Part shown: piece by piece, positions 40,021-53,239 of the stretch
Layout: each line of letters opens with the position of its first letter
How positions within the stretch are numbered: position 1 is the stretch's first letter
NCBI RefSeq assembly: GCF_036321535.1
Contig: NC_087437.1
Span: 3,720,001 to 3,784,000, forward strand
Origin: Camelus dromedarius
Lineage: Eukaryota
Direction of reading: 5' to 3'
Length of the DNA stretch: 64,000 bases
The notes under the pieces: model-generated
Seen by the model: the letters and a program-made list of their open reading frames with translations, nothing else
Database searches by the model: none
Told to the model about the DNA's origin: nothing
Made by a program: the position numbers and the translations under genes

Positions 40021-41430
40021 CCCTGTATAGCAAAAAAAGGCCATCATCGCTTATCATCTAGAGCCATGGGCCTTTTCACTCTTTTATATTTAAATCATTC
40101 TATAAATAATTTACAAAGGAATAAAATGGATGATGAAAAACTTCATTAGAAATTTTCATTTGAATTTTAACCTTAAACTATACTCCAGGATTTGAAGATG
40201 TGTCTCTGAAATGGGCGACGTCCTCTCAATGCAACTAAACTGCTCATCAACTGACATGAGCAAACCTGGGACATAGTCACCTTACAAAACAGTGATTTCA
40301 AATTCAAAGAACATTTCTAACAGCTTGTAGGCTTATCAAGTCTGGTTTCTCTTTTTGCATTTGTCTCTTCAAAATGCAACAGTTCTCAAAATGTTGATGG
40401 TTCTTAACTTTGTTGAAAAGAGGACAGTCATCTTTTTTGTAATTTAATTGCAAAATTTTTATTTTTTGGTAGGCGGGGATAATTAGGTTTATTTATTTAT
40501 TTTAATGGAGGTGCCAGGGATTGAACCCAGGACCTTGTGCATGCTAGGCACAGAACACTTAAGATTTACAAACATCAGTTACAATGGTGAATCCACTGTG
40601 GTTTTTCATCTCTGTATCATCCATTTCCTTTTAATCATCTTTATATTCATACTGGCCTTCAGCATTTCTCCTCCACTTACAAACGGTATGAAGTAAATGT
40701 TAGTAAACAGATAGCACAGAAGATGAAAGAATACTGTCGTACATCTTGTTAGCAATAAGGGGTGGTCCAAGTTCTTGGTGGGAAGCTGCATGAAGAATTT
40801 CTTGCTGTACAATGACAGTAAGAAGATGCCTGTCCTTCTCTTTTTGTCCTTAAAAATAAACTATTTTCTCATTAATTCAGGAGTCTGAGGAAATCTAGAG
40901 TATCATCATCCAAGATTCACAGTGGTGAGATTCCACTTTTATGATTCCATTCCACCTTCATCATCACAAGCCTACAGTGGCTGTCTCTGTATTCATCTTC
41001 TGATTTGTCCAATAACTGTAAAAATTTTTCTATACTTCTTTGTCATTGTGGTAAAAAATGAAAAATTCTGAATTTCTCAATTTTGTTCAGTGAATGCCAA
41101 AAAAAAAAAAAAAAAGACTATAAAGATTGTGTCTCCAGACTTTTATACCCTCTTAAATAATAATGTAATACTTTTGGCAACATAGTAAGAAAATTAAAGG
41201 ATGACAGAACAGTAATGATTTATTATTATATTAGCCTTATAAGCAACCATTCTTCTGCTTTATTATTGTTTTATTCATTTTTAACACAGTTGGAAATAAA
41301 TAACTGCTAGGGTAATAAAACAGCAAGATGTTTCAAGACACAGGAGATATAAGGTCACTAAAGATCCCACAAGTATTGCAGCATTTATGAGAGTACAATA
41401 GACTTACCAAACGGTGACTGCAAAATAGAG
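40021..41430 (-). mobile_element. piggyBac-family DNA transposon fossil (Looper-like), near full length, transposase disrupted
   Basis: Minus translation MSVDEQ/LVALRGRRPFQRH..SNPG (40180-40260; piggyBac DEQL..F.GRC.F motif) and DTEMKNHSGFTIVTDVCKS; ATG at 41044-41046 followed by an acidic N-terminus; terminus ccctgtatag at 40021. Confidence 0.8.
40456..40552 (-). mobile_element. 5'-truncated Vic-1-like SINE nested in the piggyBac fossil
   Basis: Minus GCCTAGCATGCACAAGGTCCTGGGTTCAATCCCTGGCACCTCCATTAAAATAAATAAATAAACCTAATTATCCCC; homologous to 537-708. Confidence 0.8.
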
Positions 41431-42109
41431 TGAGTTTTATCCTATTAAAAAAACTCTTAAATGTTTGGTCCTTTGGAAGACCTTGAGTTAGGTATAAAAG
41501 TCATGATACATAAATCTTCACAAATAATCAGAACCACTCCAAAAAAATACTCAAACCCAAAAATGAATCCAATAGATAATATGTCAATGGCTAATATCTC
41601 AGATTCATTTCCCATTTTAAGTTCACTTCGTACTTAAGCCAAGGTTTCTTTACACGTTAAGCCAGGAGTTTCAAGTTATATTTCTGTCTCTCAAAAGGAA
41701 AAAATACACTCCTTCACTACATCACAAGTATCTTTTATCTTCTTATTCATTCTATCTACTCCTTATATAATCCATTTGACTATTTTTAATCAACTGATTT
41801 TTATTCTAAAACTTGAACTAGTATTTCCAAGGCCTGTTATGGAGCTGTCATCCAGGACTCTTTTCCTTAGGGGACTAGGTCAGTTCCAACTTTTCTTACA
41901 CCCTATATATCATCATCTTCTTCCCTTTCATCCTTGATTTTGTCAGAATTCATACAACGATAGGTAAGGGATAAATTTTCCGATTACTTGCCTATCCAGC
42001 TGTAATCACCTGAATTGAAACTTTGGCCAGGCCTACATTTATAGATTTAAAATCATTTCCCCTTATACTTTAATTGTACTGCCCCAATGTCCTCTGATTT
42101 AATCCAATA

Positions 42110-42625
42110 CTGTTATGGATGAAGGTTTAATAAGATCTTTTTCCCCTTCTGTATTTGGTTAAATTTCTAGCTCTGGTCCCTTAGTGACCACAGTATGGCA
42201 ACCATGTTGCTAGGCAACACTGTTTATAATAAAGGATCTTCTGGCTAATAAACTGCCTATGGACTGGAAGAATTATAATTATCAAACAGGAAGCACAGCT
42301 CTGGGTTTCCGGAGTGTGGTGACTCGTAACTGGACAAGTTTCTTGCAGGCACCCTGGAAAGTATACATTTCCAGAGAGGTTGGCTCCTGTGGACTATGAG
42401 GCATTCTGACCCAAGACAGCTCCTGTCCTTACAAAGTCATCTCACCTACTTGTTTGTAAGCTGGACTGCTGCGAGAACTCTCCCAGAAGAGGGATGCCTG
42501 AAGGATGCCTGAAGTTGCCCTGTGGTGTTCAGCACACAGGTACCAGCTCTGACCTGTGTCAGTCGTGTGAGTAGAAATCTTTAGCAGAGCCTAAAAAACC
42601 CTGTGGTGGGAACTACAGTTGCTAA
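42110..42625. mobile_element. Probable solo LTR (ERVL-class), family not assigned
   Basis: GC-richer ~500-bp block in AT-rich flanks, containing an RFX-like palindrome; boundaries approximate. Confidence 0.35.
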
Positions 42626-43458
42626 TGATAAGTATGATACCAGTCTAATTATCCTTCCTTTGTAGATGACCAGGCTTCTTGTCTTTAGTTTCACAATGAT
42701 GAATCTAAGCTGGAGTTTTCTCATCTTGCTTAACATTTGGAGAATCCTTTCAAACTGCAAAGATTCACATCTCACTTCAGACTGGCAAAGAATTCATGTA
42801 TCATTTCTTATATAATTTCTTCTTAGCTCTTTTTAAAACTCCTATTACTTAGATACAGCATTTATTTGAATTATTCTCTTTGTCACTTTTATCTCATTCT
42901 CTTACTTTTTACTCTATTTTTTGGGACACCACTTCGCTTTATATTACAGCCCTTAAATTGAATTTTTAATTTCAGCAATCATAGTCTTAATTTCTAAAAA
43001 AAAAAAATTTCATTATGTGATCCTTTTCTACAGCAATGTCTATCATGAATGCAGTTTCTTCACAAATCTCTGAAAAATAAACATTTTGCTTTATTTTCAG
43101 TCCTTCTTCTATTCTTGAATTTTTGGTTTTCCTCTGAGATGGACTGATCAATTTCTGTATTGTGGTCTTTCTCTTTCATGCTCATAGTTTTCAGTCTGGC
43201 AATCTTAAATTGTCTATTTATACATATATAAGGGTGATACTGGGTTGATTACACCAGACATGCAGTGGGGGGGGGGGGGGAGTTTCCTCCAGTGTATATG
43301 TGAAGGTTTTCATTTTCCTAGCGTTCATTTCAATACACAAATTCTGAACTACTTAAGGAGAGAATATACTCCCCCATAAAGGAACATAAGCTACGCCTAT
43401 CAAAGAAATAAGAGAGGCAAAAGAGACTTCAATTTACGAACAAACCACAAGAACTTAC

Positions 43459-43525
43459 CTTACACTGATAGTAAACATTTCCAGGATATCTTTTCCTAGT
43501 AACCAGCCAACCAACATGATGATAC
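43459..43525 (-). CDS. ATP2C1: ATP2C1 exon 11 (67 nt), (G)[21 protein letters not shown](S), M3
   Basis: ttacag|GTATC...GTAAG|gtaagt. Confidence 0.96.
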
Positions 43526-45029
43526 CTGTAACAGAACCACACAGTTGTTTCTCCCTTTTATATAAAATCATCCAGGCACGAAAGGGAGCACACAACAAGC
43601 TGAGGGGAGCAAGAGCCCCTGATAAAAAGGGAAAAGTGTATCAGGTCACGATTATAAGATTTTACAAAAGCCCATTAAGCAGAGGAGATTAAAGCTAATA
43701 TTGCTTAAGGTTAAAGCTGTGTTTGCATCCATGCACACACATGTAGTTTTACCTCTTGTTGCCACTGCTGCCACCCATCCCTTAAAGTAATAAAATCTGA
43801 GTTCCCAGTATAAGAAATGATTACCAGTACTCTTATACAATGGGTAAAAAAAAAAAAAAGGAGGTGGCCCAGACATATAGGTCTTCTATTAACTATCAGG
43901 TTTGCAAAAATACACCCTGGAACTTAACTTCTCCTAACTCAATGTCCAGGCATTTCCATGTTACATCTGTTCGGCGAACGAAGGAGTACTTAAGACTTGG
44001 CTCACAGGATGGCATTGCTGTCCTAGACAACTAAAACTGCAATTAACTTTAAAAAAATCACTACTTACATGGCATCTAAGTGCTAAAAACCAGTTAACAA
44101 AACCAGACAACTGACTCTATACTCTTGGCTTTAATCTTTATCTTTGAAAAGAAGAGGCCAAGAGATGCACCACGGGTTTCCTGAGGAAAAACTCAGAAGC
44201 ATCAGTGTTTCAGAAAACAAAGCACCTTCAAGACTGTATTCCAGATCAATATGGATATTCAGATCAAGTTTTCTGCTCATCTTTCTACAACTACAAAATA
44301 ATGACCCAGTGTGACCCTCTTAGTCCCCATCCCAAACACTATTCTGAGAAAAGAAATTATGTCCCATGAGTTACACCAGGGCCAAGCAAACGAGTCCCCT
44401 GGGCCTCCAACGCATTTCTGTGAACAGTCTGCCAGAGCCCTGCCACACCCATGTGTCCATACACTGTCTATGGCTGCTGGCAGATTGAGTATTTCCAATA
44501 GGGACTGTGCGGACAAAGGCTAACATATTTACTCTCTGGTGCTTTACCAAAAAGTCTGCTGATCCTTGATTTATTTCATATACTATCTTAACAAGAAAAA
44601 TTATGCCCAATGCATTGTATTAAAACCAGCTAATCATAAAGTTGAAAATTTTTTATCAGTAAATTTGAGATGGTTTCATGGTACAGTGTTAATACAAACT
44701 GGAAAGATTTAATTGGCTAAATGCCCTTCAATTTATCAAATTCACTATACATTCTAAAACACAAATAGCAATAATCAAATGAAGAGAGCATGAGAATGCA
44801 CACCACTTAAAGGGGACAAAATTCCTTCACAGTCTCTATCTACTTTATAATAACAAGAAATGGATCGACAGGATTAATACTTTAGGAATTATTTCACTAA
44901 ACTTAACAACAGAAATATTGATTTAAAATTGCATTATAATTTTAAAAGCTGGTAAGGAAAATTAAAATAATATCACAAAGAATTAAAGAAAAAGAGGAAA
45001 GATCCCCAAATTGCTGGAAGTGTTTAATT

Positions 45030-45900
45030 TATGATAAAGATGTCATTTCAACTCAGTAAATAAAGAATAGACCATAGAACTGGTGATACTGGGATAATTA
45101 ACTTTTGAGTAAAAAGCTAATTAACTCTATCTTAAGCCTTGTACTAAAATAAATTCTAAATAAAATAGTAAAATTAAGTGTCAAAAATAAAAAACTAAAG
45201 CAGTAATGTTTAAATAAAAACATCTTCCCAAATTGGGGTTGGGAGAGCCTTTACGAATAGAACAAAGACAGAAACCTAACTGTAGATTTTATCAATAGGA
45301 GGATGTGATCAGAATCCCGAGGGAAGAGAATGTTTTATTACACACATCACCCTCCTCCCTACCAAGTTTATTACGTAGCTCTCAAAAGTAATTTAAAAAC
45401 CAGGAGAAAACCACAACAAAAGGACTGATACCCTGGTTATACAAAGAGCTGTGACCAACCTAAGACTGAAGCCACAAAAGAAGAAGGGACAAAAGGAACA
45501 GACTGGTAGGTTGCAAAACAAAGTTAAGAAGGACTAACACACATATGACGAAGTGTCAGTGCCTCTAACAATGACTTTTAAAGTAAAAGAATGACAAGTC
45601 TTTTATTCACCTGTTAAGATAATGACAAAAAAAGCTGGCAAGAGCACTGGAAGAGGGACGATTTTACCTCGTTGATGAAGGGTATTATTTGGCAATAGGA
45701 AACAAAAGCCTTTAAAAACATGCCAAAATTTTTAGAGTATTTAGAGTATCACATAGATACTCTTTGACCCAGTAATTTCACTTTCAGGAATTCATCCTAA
45801 GGAAACAAGAGGTGTTTATAATAAGATACCTGCACTGAAGAGTCACTTACATAATTTTTATAAACTTAAAAATCCCACATAAATGTCTAGAAGATAGAGT
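45030..45900 (+). mobile_element. Very old L1ME fragments
   Basis: aagccttgtactaaaataaattctaaataaa; ctctttgacccagtaatttcactttcaggaattcatcctaagg. Confidence 0.55.
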
Positions 45901-46277
45901 TTTTATTTATGTATGCACGCACACATATCCACACAACGAAATGCTACAGAACCTTTGTTTCAGGTGAGCATGACATGATGTCTGTGATAGGACATGTGAA
46001 AAAAAGAAAAGTAGTCATGAGACGCCACTACCACGCTCTGCTGCAGACTAGAAAGACAAACACTAATCTCACAGGAACGCTCTTTGATTACAGGAACCAC
46101 ACCGAGTTCTACTTTATCGACGTAGAAAAGGACAACGGCTGGGTCAGTTTTATAATTTAACAAAAGCAGTGGTAACTGAATGAATGAATGAATGAATGCA
46201 TGCATCTAACCCCCATTCCCACTCAAGAAAGGAAAGCTGAGTAAGCACATGAGAGGTACATACCACTCTGCTCTTAC

Positions 46278-46353
46278 CTATTATACCAAAGGAGTAAAAG
46301 GAAAGCTGCTTTCCTAAGAGGTCCATGCTCTTCTGCAGAGGGGTTTTTGGTGC
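46278..46353 (-). CDS. ATP2C1: ATP2C1 exon 10 (76 nt), [25 protein letters not shown](G)
   Basis: ttgtcaag|GCACCA...ATAG|gtaaga; KTPLQ motif. Confidence 0.96.
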
Positions 46354-47368
46354 CTTGACAAATTGGAGAAGAGTATCACCAGAATTGCCTAAACTTAGTG
46401 AGCTCTACTAGGTGCCAGGGACTGTGCTAAGTGCCTGACATACACGTGCTGGTGCTAACACACCCAGGACACACACATCCCTTGAGGTCAATAGTAGCTC
46501 CTTCACTGAGGAGCCTGGGAGGCTAGACTTTTAAGAGCCCATTCACTTGAAGAGGACCATGTTCTCTACAGCTCTGTCTGAGGAGAGATCCCTTCTCCAG
46601 GACTCCAGGACTCCTCCAGGAGCTGTTCCAAGACTTCATGCCCATCAGCTGCCCCCACTTAGCCCAGCTCCCCTCCTGTAGCCACAGACACGCTCGTGGC
46701 CCAGGTCTGCTATGGTGTGGGCTCCCTGACTGCTAACCCCCGTCTCTGGCCAGGCCGGGACTGGTTTACACACTGCATCACACACTGGGGCCTCGGCAAG
46801 CTGCAGAGAAATCCAGATGACTTGATTTGTCCTGATGTCAGGACTTGAGGTATGGCAAAGTGTATGACATCGGGAGAGAGCAACTTCTGTTTATATATAA
46901 GGAAGCATTTTAAATGGGAGAACTAATCTTCAATATCCTTAAACAAGGACGTCTTCTAAGTTACCTCACTTTGCGATCTTTTTCTCCAGATGCTTGGAAT
47001 TATGTAAATTTGGGACTTTTGGTAAAAGATACGTTCTAAAGTACAAATATACTATTTGGTAATCTTTCAAATCAGTATGATAAAGCTAATTTCTAAAAAG
47101 AATAAGCCCTATAAATAATTGGCTATAAACCTTTTCCTCTTATAAACAATATCAAAATGTTTTAGAATACTGACGTCAATTCAAGCCCTTCCAATTACAG
47201 GCTCTCCAATTATGTTTTTAGGGACAGACAACTGAGTGATATTCTGAATAAAATATTTCTTTCAATAGTACATAAAATAATCCACCAACATTCTCTTTTC
47301 CTCTGCTTACAATGGAGCATGCGTTTCAGATCTGAAATTAATACATTATTAACAAACTAAGTACTCAC

Positions 47369-47437
47369 CTCTTCTGCTTGCATCATTTTAAAAACCTCCC
47401 CAAATTCAGAATTTTCTCCTGTTCCAATGACAATTCC
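47369..47437 (-). CDS. ATP2C1: ATP2C1 exon 9 (69 nt), GIVIGTGENSEFGEVFKMMQAEE
   Basis: ctttag|GGAATT...GAAGAG|gtgagt. Confidence 0.96.
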
Positions 47438-48196
47438 CTAAAGGGAAAAGCAGGAAAACACATTTACATTCAGATGGAATCACTTCTTTCAATCAAAAAA
47501 ACAAAGCCCCTTAATTCCCCTTCTCCACAGCCGAGTCCACAGTCAGGAGGACTGACATGCGTGTCCAAGGTTCCCTCAGCAAACTTACCTCTGATGTTAC
47601 TATAGATCATTGGCATCTATGACACAAACCTTGAAAACAAACATCTCATTAAACTACTCACATCTGAGGCCCATTTTTAACCTGTATTAATAATATTTCT
47701 GAAATTTGAATCTGTCTTATACTCAATTTAATGCAGTTTTCCTTTCCCCTGTGAATGATGCCTTTTATATTTGTGGAATATTAGGACCCAGGAAATAAAA
47801 TATTTGAAATCTATCAGTAGGTGAATGGTATGTAGTCAGAATATTATAGCCAGCACCATATAAATTAAATCAAAATTTTATTTAGCCAGTAATGAATGTA
47901 TACACAAGTCACTGTTTCTGTCTTAAAAAAAGAACAAGCACTGAGGAGTATGCCTTTACAGGGACCATCACCTGGAAAACGGCAGAACTATGGATGTGTC
48001 ACACCTCAGAGACACAGCTCCTCCTTAGGCTCACAAATAGCTCCCAAGCATTAGGTTCAACTCTGTTATTTCTTTGTCATATATTTTTAAAAGATGCACA
48101 TAAAATTAGCAAAAAAAAAAAAAAAAAAGAAAAGAACTGAGAAATGTCTGAAAACAGAGGAACTGCTATATTTTCAAAACAAGAAAAGAAAATTAC

Positions 48197-48352
48197 CTTT
48201 GCTTTTCCACATCTGACCAGTGTCCCCATGAAGGCAATGTTACTTCTTGAAGCAAGATCTCCATTGGCTGCAGCCGGCTGAGGAGCTGTCACCTTAGAAC
48301 AAGGCGTCGTCTCCCCCGTCAGGCTAGACTCATCGATGGAAAGATCCACCGC
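48197..48352 (-). CDS. ATP2C1: ATP2C1 exon 8 (156 nt), [52 protein letters not shown]
   Basis: tccccaag|GCG...AAG|gtaatt; DESSLTGE motif; inside ORF 48077..48391. Confidence 0.97.
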
Positions 48353-49872
48353 CTTGGGGAACACAAAGCACTCCATCAGGGTCAAGCTCAAGGACTCTGT
48401 GCTACACTCAACGTCTAGAGTCTGTAACCATCACTTCTCCCACAAATATCCTCCCTTCTATTAACTACGTACATCTCTTATCACACCTTTGCTTTAAGAC
48501 AGTGGACCGGAATAAGTGCAGCCACCTTTAAAAATGAAGCTAAGTCAACAAAATCTGACACACAAAGGAGACCCATGAGACAAGATTAGCCTAAATTTAA
48601 AAATCAACCAGGGAAAAGGAGACACTAGCTGAGACTTAATCTAGAGAAAATTCAACTCTCATGATGAAGTATCATTTACTAATTTTGCCATACCTCTTGT
48701 CTTGAAAATGTGTTTGGCAGGTTTAAACCAACCATAACAGAAAGAGAAATATGAATAAAAGGTATAAAAGATACTGAGAAATAAATTACTTCAACATTTT
48801 GGGCTCAATGTTCATAAAACTTTTCTTGCTATACATCCCTACACTTATTCCAAATGTGTGTTAGCAAGAATCAAAAATGAATACAAATGTTTCTATGCAG
48901 ATCAACTCTGCAACGGGGTTCAATACTGAGGGATTCACTCCTAATGCGATGAAGAATTCACCTACCCAAGCATGAAAGAAACAATTGTCATTTTATATGT
49001 GGAAAACACTGCAGATGTGACCTGGCTGTTTCCAAGTATGGCCCAGAGAGCAGGTCCAAGGATGTTGACAGGTGTTGTGTATGCTGTGACAGATACCACT
49101 GACAGACACACACACACGGGGGAGGAGCACTGTGGCCCGGCGAGCTCAAGAAACACCATGTCAAGAGGTAAGCAGCCTGCCCTACTCAGTGCCTCTCAAA
49201 ACCTTCAATGCACCAGTGTGACTCTGCTCAGCACGGGATGTCCACCAGCCCTCTACCACCTCACAGCTCGTTAGGAACTCACTGGCCTGCCTCAAATACG
49301 GAGGTGGGGAAGGTGAACCTAACAAACCGCACTTGCAAGCCCTCCAGGTAATTGTGACGCACACGCAAGTCTGAGAATCAGCAGTGTTTCCCCAACGTCC
49401 CTGATCCGTTTTACTCCAGAATCACTTGTTCAAGGATCACTAGGGAAACTAGAACCTAGTTCATGATTCCTCTCCTTTCACAGGTATGTGGGCTCACTCA
49501 CCCCACCAGCATCTACTAACGACCTTAACTGTGCACCAGGCACTGGGTTAGATCCTATGAAGGAAACAAGCTGGGAAAATGAAGCAGCAGTTAAACGACT
49601 GTGCAGTCTCACTGCTAGTATAAAGCAGGCTGGAGTTCTGAACTGGGCCTCTTGACTGACAGTTCATACTATCTAAAAGGTATCCTAAATTTAAATCCTA
49701 TTTTTAATTGTTTTGGCGGGGAAAGGAATGCATCTCATCTTTTTAGAATGGTTCATTTTCTTATAAGCATAAATGCCTTAAAAATCTCATGGAAAATAAT
49801 TATTAAAAACTGAGTTCATGGATTTTCTCCCCATCTACATAATAAAACTATTATGAACTGATCAACACCATC

Positions 49873-50255
49873 AATTCATTCACTTAAAAAATATTTGTGA
49901 ATGCTTATATTATGCCAAGTCCTGTACTCTACCACACACAGTGGGAGTCAGCAGTAAACAAAATAAACTTCCTGCCCTCAGCTATTATTCTAAAGGGAAA
50001 GTGATCTGAAAAAATAAACAGGAGTATATAATGTAACGCCTGACAGTGGGGGAAAACCCGAGTAAGAATGGAGAGTGACATTTTAGACAGAGAGAGAACA
50101 CCTCTCAAGAGCTGATGACCCTTTGGCAGGGCCATGACTGATGTGATGGCCCCAAGGCTGGCCCATCATCAGGGTGAAAGGATTCCAGGCAAAGGGAGCA
50201 GAAAGACAAAGGCCATGGAGGCAGGAGCACACCTGGTGTGTTCCTGTGCTAGGCA
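49873..50255 (-). mobile_element. L2 3' fragment
   Basis: attcattcacttaaaaaatatttgtgaatgcttatattatgccaag...cctgccctcagc. Confidence 0.65.
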
Positions 50256-50714
50256 GACGTATGACGTTGCAAATACAATCAAAAGTTTACAACATCAGAT
50301 CATTAAGTTTACAAATGTTCAGAATAAAAATAAATTATATCATCCAACTCCAGAGAGACCAAAATATGTTAGCATTTTCTGGAAGTGTAGTACCATGCGA
50401 ACATGATGGATTTTAGTACTAAAACAGGTTTATAAAAAATATTCCTTAAAACACAGATCACCAGTCCTTCAGTCTTTAAAAGGCCTCCCATTTATATAAA
50501 TACGTGTGCAAGGACAAGCCAGGTAAATATGGGCTCGTTATTTCAACACAACTACAGATTAAAAAACACAAGGGCAATAGATTTTTTTTAAATTAAAAGA
50601 ACATATTTATTTGACTTCCCAAATTACTCGTAAGACTGTATAATTTTTCACACTAACACATGTATTGCCAAAGTAAGGGGGAAAATTAGATACTAATACT
50701 GAAAACAGTAAGTT

Positions 50715-50895
50715 GACATTTTATTGCTCACTATCTGCTAGGCCCTGTGCTACATGCTTACACTAAGTCATCTACTAACAACTCCAGGGAGGCAAGTACT
50801 AGTACTATTATCCTTATTTTACAGACACATTGAAAGGCCAAGCAACTCACCCAACATCATACAGATAGTAAGCTACGGAGATGAAACCCAAACGT
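50715..50895 (-). mobile_element. MIR SINE
   Basis: gctaggccctgtgcta...ctattatccttattttacagac...caactcacccaacatcatacagatagtaag. Confidence 0.65.
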
Positions 50896-50994
50896 TGACA
50901 AATTAACTTCTATTTTTCTGAATTACAGAATTCAACAAAAAGTTTATTTGATTTAGCAAGCTCCTTTTTAAAGCCTGTTACAAAAATCAGAAAT

Positions 50995-51070
50995 TTGTAA
51001 TTGTAATTGTAATTTTCTGAGCTCTTAATTAGAAAAAATTGTAATTTTCTGAGCTCTTAATTAGAAAAAA
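50995..51070. repeat. (ttgtaa)x3 running into an exact 32-bp tandem duplication
   Basis: aattgtaattttctgagctcttaattagaaaa at 51005-51036 and 51037-51068. Confidence 0.95.
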
Positions 51071-53239
51071 AGACCTGCTAACATTTAAAAGCAAACAAAA
51101 ACTTGTACATGTCTACAGAACTCCTATCTGTGAGAAAGGTGAAATTTATGTTTTCCCATTAAAGACTTTTTACTTTAAACGAAAATCTTTAACATGGATA
51201 AATACTAACATTAGGTGGTTGTCTACAGGAACAAGGAATATAAAAATATCTGACTTTTTAAAAAGGGGAAAAGCACGGCTTTATGGCTCTGTCAGCAACC
51301 TAGTTCTTCAGTGTCAGCCTTAGCAGCACAATAATCACTTAAGAGAGTGAGAATTTTTGTTCAAATCAGGTTTTACTACAGAAGAGAGGTACATAATTTT
51401 TTGCACAATAGCAATCAGTCCTGTCTTAGTATATAAACTAATGTGGAAGAAAACGGGGTGTTTGGGACCTTTTTTTTCCTATATAAGTATAAATTTGTAA
51501 AACAATTAAGAATATATCATCAATGAAATCTGTCTAAATTATACAATGTAGCATAGATCTCAACTGTTGAACAAGAATATTCTCTTAAGTTTCTGGTTTC
51601 TCTTAATGATGACTGCAAGTTTTTGCAATTTTGAGAGAGAAGAGAAGTCATTATTAAGGATGGTATTTAATAAAACAGGCAAGCCTAATTTATTACAGTT
51701 TAACAAAATCACAGTATAATTCATCTGACACGATATTAGAGTCATTTATTCACCACATCTATGGGAGAGAGAAAGGCAGGATAAAATGAAGTCATAGAAT
51801 CAGCCAGCTCCATGCCTTTCTGCCAAGTTTAAACATAAAACCTTCAGAAGAGCTGTTAATAGGGAAACTGACTATGGTTCACTTTCTCATTCTTCCTCAG
51901 GTACCATGATAGAGGCGTAAGACACAACACAGTTCAAAATGCAAAATATAAATAGGAATCAAAATGTATACATAATCCACAATCTGAATATTCAACACCT
52001 ACAGAATTAAAACGGTTGAAAAAATTCACAGGATTTTTCCTATAAATATCAGGCAGAAAGAAGGTAAGTGCCAAAGTCACAAAGGTTTCCTGAAAACAAA
52101 AAGTGACTGCTTAAAAAAATTACAGTTAATAGGATACAATTGGTAGCTACAAACGAGTCCTTAAAACTAAAGAACGTCTTGGCATACTGTATGCTGCTAG
52201 ATTAATCGCCTCTAGTCTAGAATTATAAGCAAATCAGAACTAGATTTCTTTTCCCAGAAATGAATCTTTCAAAATATTCATCTTCAGCTGCCTGATCATA
52301 ACAAAATTTCTTTCTTCTACTCTCAAAAACTAAGATTCCTCTTACTATTATTCAAATGAAGGGAAATGTAATTAAAAATTCTTCAAGAGCTCCAGCTTAT
52401 TAACAATCAAAGCCCAACCAACCAAGTGTTATAAATTACTGACAAGACTACATAAACTGAATTCTATCCCATGGTAAATGCTTGTATACTTTCTGACTTA
52501 AGAGTACAGATTCAACTTGATGACGATGCCAATAATTTAAAGGCCAGTATTCAGTTAACAATGATTTCTAGGATATTTCACTAACATTACTAAAAGGAAC
52601 CAAATTTCAAAAGGGGATCTAGTTTTCCAACAGTCCTTTCCTACCAACTCAAGATGAGAATCGTAAAAACAAATTAGGTCTTACTTCTAACTCGCCCATA
52701 TTGTCCTTTTAAATTCTACTGACTTAATGAGAGGGGAAAAAGTTCTTCTCTTCAGTATGTTAAAATGAATAGCTTTCCTCAGCTCACAATGCTTTTCAAC
52801 TATAAAAGTCAGACAATAAAACACTAAGCAGACCCCAAGCTTACACAGTCTAAGAGAACTAACACTCGTCACTCTACGTATGAGATGGTTTTCTCAGCTC
52901 TATGATAATGCTATTAAAGAAAAACACATCTCTTGCAAAGTCAAACACGAGTGATCACATCAGTGTCTCATGAATATGAATGTTTCTAAATGCCATGTAC
53001 CGTACAACTTCTCTAACATTCTACTCAATTTCTTGACAGCTAATTTAAAATCTCTATTTCCAAAGGTGTCTGTAAACTGCTCTTTTTTACAAGTGTGTAT
53101 ATGTTTAATAATTGAGAAACCTTAAAGGCAACATTTCAGTGATAATTCACAATAAGAGAGGGAGCAACATATAATAAATTAACTTACCGAATTTACCTGC
53201 CAAAAAATACACGGACCTCAATATAAAACTCACAACTCA

